From Candidatus Hermodarchaeota archaeon (lineage in GTDB: Archaea > Asgardarchaeota > Lokiarchaeia > Sigyniarchaeales > SOKP01), in NCBI GenBank assembly GCA_048885525.1, contig JBHLLP010000017.1:1-64000 (forward strand): a stretch of DNA of 64,000 bases, written 5' to 3'. The notes below the pieces were generated by a model that saw only the letters and a list, made by a program, of their open reading frames with translations, was not told the origin of the DNA and did not search any database. Made by a program: the position numbers and the translations under genes. The first letter of the stretch is position 1; every line of letters starts with the position of its first letter. Positions 59,204 to 64,000 of the stretch are shown in pieces.

Positions 59204-61114
59204 ATGAGTTTTGAAAGTGAATTAAAGCGCATTAAAGATGAAATTTCCCTAAATCTTCCATCACAAATTACTGTCCAAAAGATTGAATTTGAGGGTCCAG
59301 AAATTGCTGTATATTCAGAAAACTCAGATGTTGAAGCTACAGAGGGTTCAACAATATTAAAGGACTTAGCAAAAACCATGCGAAAACGTGTTGTTTTTCG
59401 ATGGAATGTAGATAAACGTAAAGATCCTGTTGAGACTGAAGCTTATATTAGAAATTTAGTTAATGAAGATGCTGAGATTTCAAATATTGAATTTGATCAT
59501 ACAAGAGGCGAAGTAATAATAGAGTCAGGGAAACCAGGGCTCGTTATTGGCAAAAAAGGAGTCAATCTCAAAGAGATAAGAACCAATACTTTTTGGCAAC
59601 CTAAAACAATACGTACTCCGCCATTAACTTCAAGAACAATCCAACTAATTAGAGGAATGCTTCAAAAAGAACGACAAACTCAAAAAGATATCTTACTAGA
59701 AATAGGGAAAAGAATCCACAGACCCGCTCTTTTTAAAGATTTAAATATAAGATTAACTGCTTTAGGTGGGTTTCGAGAAGTAGGAAGATCGTGCATTTTG
59801 ATGCAAACTAGGGATAGCAATGTATTATTGGATGTTGGACTAAATGTAGGGAATCCAAATGATAAATTTCCTTTTTTTGAAATACCTGAGTTTTCCGTAA
59901 GAGATCTCGATGCTGTGATAATTTCACACGCACATTTGGATCATTGTGGACTTGTACCATTTTTATATAAATATGGATATCGTGGACCTGTTTATTGTAC
60001 ATTACCTACACGCAATCTGGCAACAATGCTACAATTAGATTTCATTCAAATTTGTGAAAAAGAAGGAACTCCATTACCCTATTCTAAAAGAGATGTAAAA
60101 TCAACTGTACTTCATACTATCCCGCTTTCTTGGGGAAAGGTGACTGATATTGCACCAGATATTAAATTGACACTCCATAACTCGGGACACATCTTAGGTT
60201 CATCTATGATACACCTTCACTTTGGAAAGGGAGACTATAACTTTGTATATACAGGAGATTTTAAATATCAAAAAACTCGGTTATTAGAAAAAGCTGCTGT
60301 CAAATTTCCAAGAGTAGAAAGTCTTCTAATTGAATCCACATATGGTGGACCACAAGATCGTATTCCTAGTAGGCAAGAATCTGAAAAAGAACTAAAACAG
60401 ATTTTAAACACGACTTTGAAAAGGGGAGGGAAAGTTTTAATTCCTGTGTTAGCTGTTGGAAGAGCTCAAGAATTACTAATTGTCTTAGAAGAGTATATTT
60501 CAAAAGGTTTTATTGATAAGGTCCCTATTTTTATTGATGGATTAATTAGTGAAGCTACTGCTATACATACAGCTAACCCAGATTACCTCAGTAGTGATCT
60601 AAGAGAAAAGATTTTACATCAAGGAAAAAATCCATTTCTAAGTGACTATTTTGAAACTGTATCTGCTCAGGAAGAACGATTAGATATTATTAAAGGAGGC
60701 CCTTGCATCATTATGGCTACAAGCGGTATGCTTATAGGTGGTCCTTCTGTACAATATTTAAAAGCTCTAGCAAGTGATTCTAATAATTCGCTTATTTTTG
60801 TATCATATCAAGTTTCAGGTACTTTAGGTTCACGCATTCAACGTGGATTCCGTGAATTCCAATATGTAGATGCAAAAGGTCGAACCCAACTTGTAAGACT
60901 AAATTTGAAAGTCTTTACATTGGAAGGATTCTCGGGTCATTCATCCCGTAGTCAAATTTCTCAATTTTTGAGGAGAATTCAACCACGACCTAAAACAGTT
61001 ATAGTGAATCATGGAGAAGAAAGTAAATGCATAAGCCTGTCAACAATGATTCACAAAAAGCTTAGAAAGACTACAAAATCCCCTAAAAATTTAGAAACTA
61101 TTTTTTTAAAATAA
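59204..61114 (+). CDS. fttA: aCPSF1/FttA beta-CASP ribonuclease with KH domains
   Basis: EFEGPEI, KPGLVIGK, GGFREVGRS, SHAHLDH, GHILGS, ESTYG, GFSGHS. Confidence 0.95.
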   Translation: MSFESELKRIKDEISLNLPSQITVQKIEFEGPEIAVYSENSDVEATEGSTILKDLAKTMRKRVVFRWNVDKRKDPVETEAYIRNLVNEDAEISNIEFDHTRGEVIIESGKPGLVIGKKGVNLKEIRTNTFWQPKTIRTPPLTSRTIQLIRGMLQKERQTQKDILLEIGKRIHRPALFKDLNIRLTALGGFREVGRSCILMQTRDSNVLLDVGLNVGNPNDKFPFFEIPEFSVRDLDAVIISHAHLDHCGLVPFLYKYGYRGPVYCTLPTRNLATMLQLDFIQICEKEGTPLPYSKRDVKSTVLHTIPLSWGKVTDIAPDIKLTLHNSGHILGSSMIHLHFGKGDYNFVYTGDFKYQKTRLLEKAAVKFPRVESLLIESTYGGPQDRIPSRQESEKELKQILNTTLKRGGKVLIPVLAVGRAQELLIVLEEYISKGFIDKVPIFIDGLISEATAIHTANPDYLSSDLREKILHQGKNPFLSDYFETVSAQEERLDIIKGGPCIIMATSGMLIGGPSVQYLKALASDSNNSLIFVSYQVSGTLGSRIQRGFREFQYVDAKGRTQLVRLNLKVFTLEGFSGHSSRSQISQFLRRIQPRPKTVIVNHGEESKCISLSTMIHKKLRKTTKSPKNLETIFLK

Positions 61115-61211
61115 ACTTTTTATCTTTTTTTTGTTTTTTTTAGAGAAAACTTAATTTTTTTAAACAGTATTAATTAATCTTTTTAAGAAAAAGAGTGCTT
61201 AGTGGTAATAA

Positions 61212-62153
61212 GTGGATTTAAAAAATTTTAAGATAAGAAATCATCTTATAACTATATTAAGACGTATTGTTCAAATTTTTGCATTTATCATAGTTAATTA
61301 TGTTATTTTAGAGTTAATATTTTCTATTAATTTAATCGGATTAAAGGGCTTATTAAGAGTACTTCCAATTTTGAACTCTCCTAGGAATAAACTTTCAAAC
61401 GGAACTGGAATTCTAGAAATTATTTTCTATTCAATCACGGCAGGAATAATTCCAATTTTTCTAATTGGAATTTTAATAATTATCATATTGTTTACAGGTA
61501 GATTTTTTTGTGGGTGGATTTGTCCTATCGGTACAATTCAAGACGCTTGTGCCACAATTCCTACCAAAAAGAAGACACTGAAAATCAGTAGACATAAATC
61601 CTTATTGAAAATAAAATATGTTATAGTTATCTTTTTAGTTATAATAGTCATCCCATTAGGATTTACATCCGCTGCTAATCCAACATTTTATACTGAATAT
61701 AGAGATAATCTAGGTGATTTGGGTACTAAACCACTTTCTTATTTTTCTTTATCAGAATACATTTTTGTATTTTTTCCAAAAATGTTTGTTGAAATCTTCC
61801 AAACTAAAAGTTTAGCTCCCATTTTTTCCAATATATTAGTTTTTTTCATTTCTATCTTCTATTTAGTTATTATTGTTTTATCCGTGTGGTATCCAAGAGT
61901 GTATTGTAGATATTTATGCCCATTTGCAGCAGTTTCCTCTCTGGTTAGTGAATACTCGTTTTTAAAATTATCTAGAAGTCCTGTAAGATGTGTTGGGCGA
62001 ACAGATTGTGGAATTTGTGAAAAATCTTGTCCAAAACAGATAAGATTATTAGACGAGCCATTTGAATTTTTTACAGGTAAAGGAGAATGTAACTATTGCT
62101 TGAAATGTAAAGAATCATGCCCCTACAAAGCTATTGATATAAAATTTGGTTGA
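61212..62153 (+). CDS. NapH/MauN-like membrane 4Fe-4S protein
   Basis: CGWICPIG, CRYLCPF, CGICEKSCP, CNYCLKCKESCP. Confidence 0.88.
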   Translation: MDLKNFKIRNHLITILRRIVQIFAFIIVNYVILELIFSINLIGLKGLLRVLPILNSPRNKLSNGTGILEIIFYSITAGIIPIFLIGILIIIILFTGRFFCGWICPIGTIQDACATIPTKKKTLKISRHKSLLKIKYVIVIFLVIIVIPLGFTSAANPTFYTEYRDNLGDLGTKPLSYFSLSEYIFVFFPKMFVEIFQTKSLAPIFSNILVFFISIFYLVIIVLSVWYPRVYCRYLCPFAAVSSLVSEYSFLKLSRSPVRCVGRTDCGICEKSCPKQIRLLDEPFEFFTGKGECNYCLKCKESCPYKAIDIKFG

Positions 62154-62314
62154 ATATAGTTATTCCTTTCAAATTTCTAAAGTTAGAACATATATATTAA
62201 TTTTTAATTCCAAATTTTTATTTGTTTTATCAGCAAAATCTTTATAATAAAATATCTAATCTTATATCAATAATAACGAAGATATAATCATCTAATATTG
62301 GATTATAGATAAAA

Positions 62315-63514
62315 ATGGATAAACGGACAATAGATCTTTTACAAACCCGGATGAAAAGAGATGTTAATGTCGGAATTCATGGTATATTAGATTCTGAAGC
62401 AAGTAGATTTTATGAAGAACAAAGTGAAGAAATTAGACCTCCTTTTTTTAGAGATGTTGATCGTATTGTCCATAGTAAGGTGTTTGCTAGATATATAGAT
62501 AAATCACAAGTTTTCTTTGATGTTAATAATGCAAATATCACTCATAGATCTTTGCATGTGACTCTGGTATCAAGAATTAGTAGACAAATTGGGCGTGTCT
62601 TAAGATTAAATACTGATTTAGTAGAAGCAATTGCTTTAGGTCACGACTTAGGGCATTCTCCTTTTGGGCATTTGGGTGAAGACATTTTAAATGAGATTAG
62701 TAGAACATATAATATGGGTAATTTTAGTCATAATGCTCAAGGAGTAAGATGGCTTTCTCGTCTTGAAAAAAGATTTCCGAATGAACCTGCTAAGGGTCTT
62801 AATTTAACGTTGCAAGTCCTTGATGGGATACTTTGTCATGATGGCGAAGTTAATGAACAAAAATTGAGACCAATTAAAAGAAATGGAAAGACTTGGGAAG
62901 ATCATTTTCAAGAATATGAAGATTGCTTTGGAGAAAATAAGATTAAGAGAATACCGATGACATATGAAGGTATTACAGTGAGATTTGCCGATTCTATAAG
63001 TTATATTGGGCGAGATATTGAAGATGCAATTCTGTTAAAGTTTATTAGTCGAGAAGAGATTCCCAATAATTGTAAAAGGATTCTTGGAGATACAAATGCT
63101 AAGATGATAGATACATTAATAACGGATCTTCTTAATTTTAGTTTAGATAATGATGTCATAGGATATAGTGATGAAATTTTCCATGCTCTGAAGGAATTGA
63201 AAGAATTTAATTATGAAAAAATTTACATTAGAAGAGATTTAGAAGCGACGTCCTCAGAAAAAACATTTTTAGATATACTAAAGTATAAGTTCTTATTGAT
63301 TTTTGAAAGATCTTTAAAAGATTTAGACCAAGAAAATTATAATACTCCAATTTTTAAGGATCATATTGAATATATCGATGACCAAAATTATAGTACATAT
63401 TTTGAACCCCTCAAAAAAAGTAACCAATTAACCCTGATTGTCCGAGATTACATTGCTGGGATGAGTGATAAATATTTCAATGAAATTTATGAAAGATTTC
63501 GAAAACAGACATAG
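62315..63514 (+). CDS. HD-domain dGTPase-like dNTP triphosphohydrolase
   Basis: RDVDRIVHS, KSQV, GHDLGHSPFGH.GE, HNAQG, ADSISY, DYIAGMSD. Confidence 0.9.
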   Translation: MDKRTIDLLQTRMKRDVNVGIHGILDSEASRFYEEQSEEIRPPFFRDVDRIVHSKVFARYIDKSQVFFDVNNANITHRSLHVTLVSRISRQIGRVLRLNTDLVEAIALGHDLGHSPFGHLGEDILNEISRTYNMGNFSHNAQGVRWLSRLEKRFPNEPAKGLNLTLQVLDGILCHDGEVNEQKLRPIKRNGKTWEDHFQEYEDCFGENKIKRIPMTYEGITVRFADSISYIGRDIEDAILLKFISREEIPNNCKRILGDTNAKMIDTLITDLLNFSLDNDVIGYSDEIFHALKELKEFNYEKIYIRRDLEATSSEKTFLDILKYKFLLIFERSLKDLDQENYNTPIFKDHIEYIDDQNYSTYFEPLKKSNQLTLIVRDYIAGMSDKYFNEIYERFRKQT

Positions 63515-63540
63515 CTTGGTTTTTTTATTTTTTTGATTTA

Positions 63541-63720
63541 ATAAAAAAATTAAATCTTAAAGAAGTGGTAGATAAATTAAAATACAATAGACAAACATTA
63601 AGTACTTATCTGAAAGCGCTAAATGCGAAAGGAGAAGTCGTAATCACACGCAATTTTGGAAAAATAAATCTTTATTCGGTTATGAAAAAAAATAATTTTA
63701 ACTCTTTCTTGAATTTTTAA
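63541..63720 (+). pseudogene. Winged-HTH reading frame without canonical start (relic or non-canonical start)
   Basis: IKKLNLKEVVDKLKYNRQTLSTYLKALNAKGEVVITRNFGKINLYSV...*. Confidence 0.55.
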
Positions 63721-63907
63721 AAATCTATAGTATTGATATATTACCCATATTCAATTATTTGTGAAGATATCAAAATTTAAATAGGAGTTAGAGCTTATTC
63801 TATATACACACAAACCAAAATATACACAAAGAATAGGAAGTATATTTCTATACTTTTTATTCTTATTCTCTCTTCTTATCTAATAACAGCATAATAATCT
63901 TCTTTAG

Positions 63908-64000
63908 TTATTCTTTGTTTGTATGTTTCTTTTCTTCTTGTAATTTTTTTAACTCTCTACGAAACACTTTTTCATTGACAATTATTCCTCGCGTTTTTTT
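63908..64000 (-). CDS. Possible 3' end of a gene entering from beyond the window
   Basis: Open frame KKTRGIIVNEKVFRRELKKLQEEKKHTNKE*. Confidence 0.3.
   Translation of the reverse strand, partial: KKTRGIIVNEKVFRRELKKLQEEKKHTNKE

Noticed and set aside
27018-60002. Short ORFs 27018, 27889, 28446, 29711, 29997, 34396, 37060, 38216, 38268, 38577, 38707, 39692, 43889, 45239, 49211, 49814, 54625, 55028, 55584, 56480, 59131, 59808
   Set aside because: Shadow ORFs overlapping confidently assigned genes.
1-64000. CRISPR arrays, rRNA genes, IS elements
   Set aside because: No regularly spaced repeats, long GC-rich structural RNA or transposase motifs were seen.

Overview
Very AT-rich archaeal chromosome segment, almost certainly Asgard (Lokiarchaeia-like). 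The evidence is roadblock/LC7, longin/uDENN-like proteins, a ubiquitin-like gene, a Loki-type LRR protein, an EF-2 paralogue lacking the diphthamide loop, aCPSF1, proteasome beta and an Sm-L37e pair. It holds about 55 CDS and two tRNAs; no integrase, transposase or CRISPR array was seen. Highlights: (1) a CorA-like/2TM-Nudix fusion (candidate ADP-ribose-linked channel-enzyme) divergent from nadA; (2) an inositol-phosphate locus with MIPS, four ATP-grasp proteins (two clearly ITPK1-like), a HAD phosphatase with a polybasic tail and a GH36-like protein; (3) a tRNA-Leu(UAA) split by three non-canonical introns; (4) a ubiquitin-like gene missed by the ORF track and an E1-like gene truncated by it, both apparently starting at ATT; (5) a stand-alone IFT52/GIFT-like protein; (6) a plastic 19.5-26.1 kb region with a duplicated promoter and gene relics; (7) a structured sepF leader. 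All family calls are from motif recognition by eye, not database searches.
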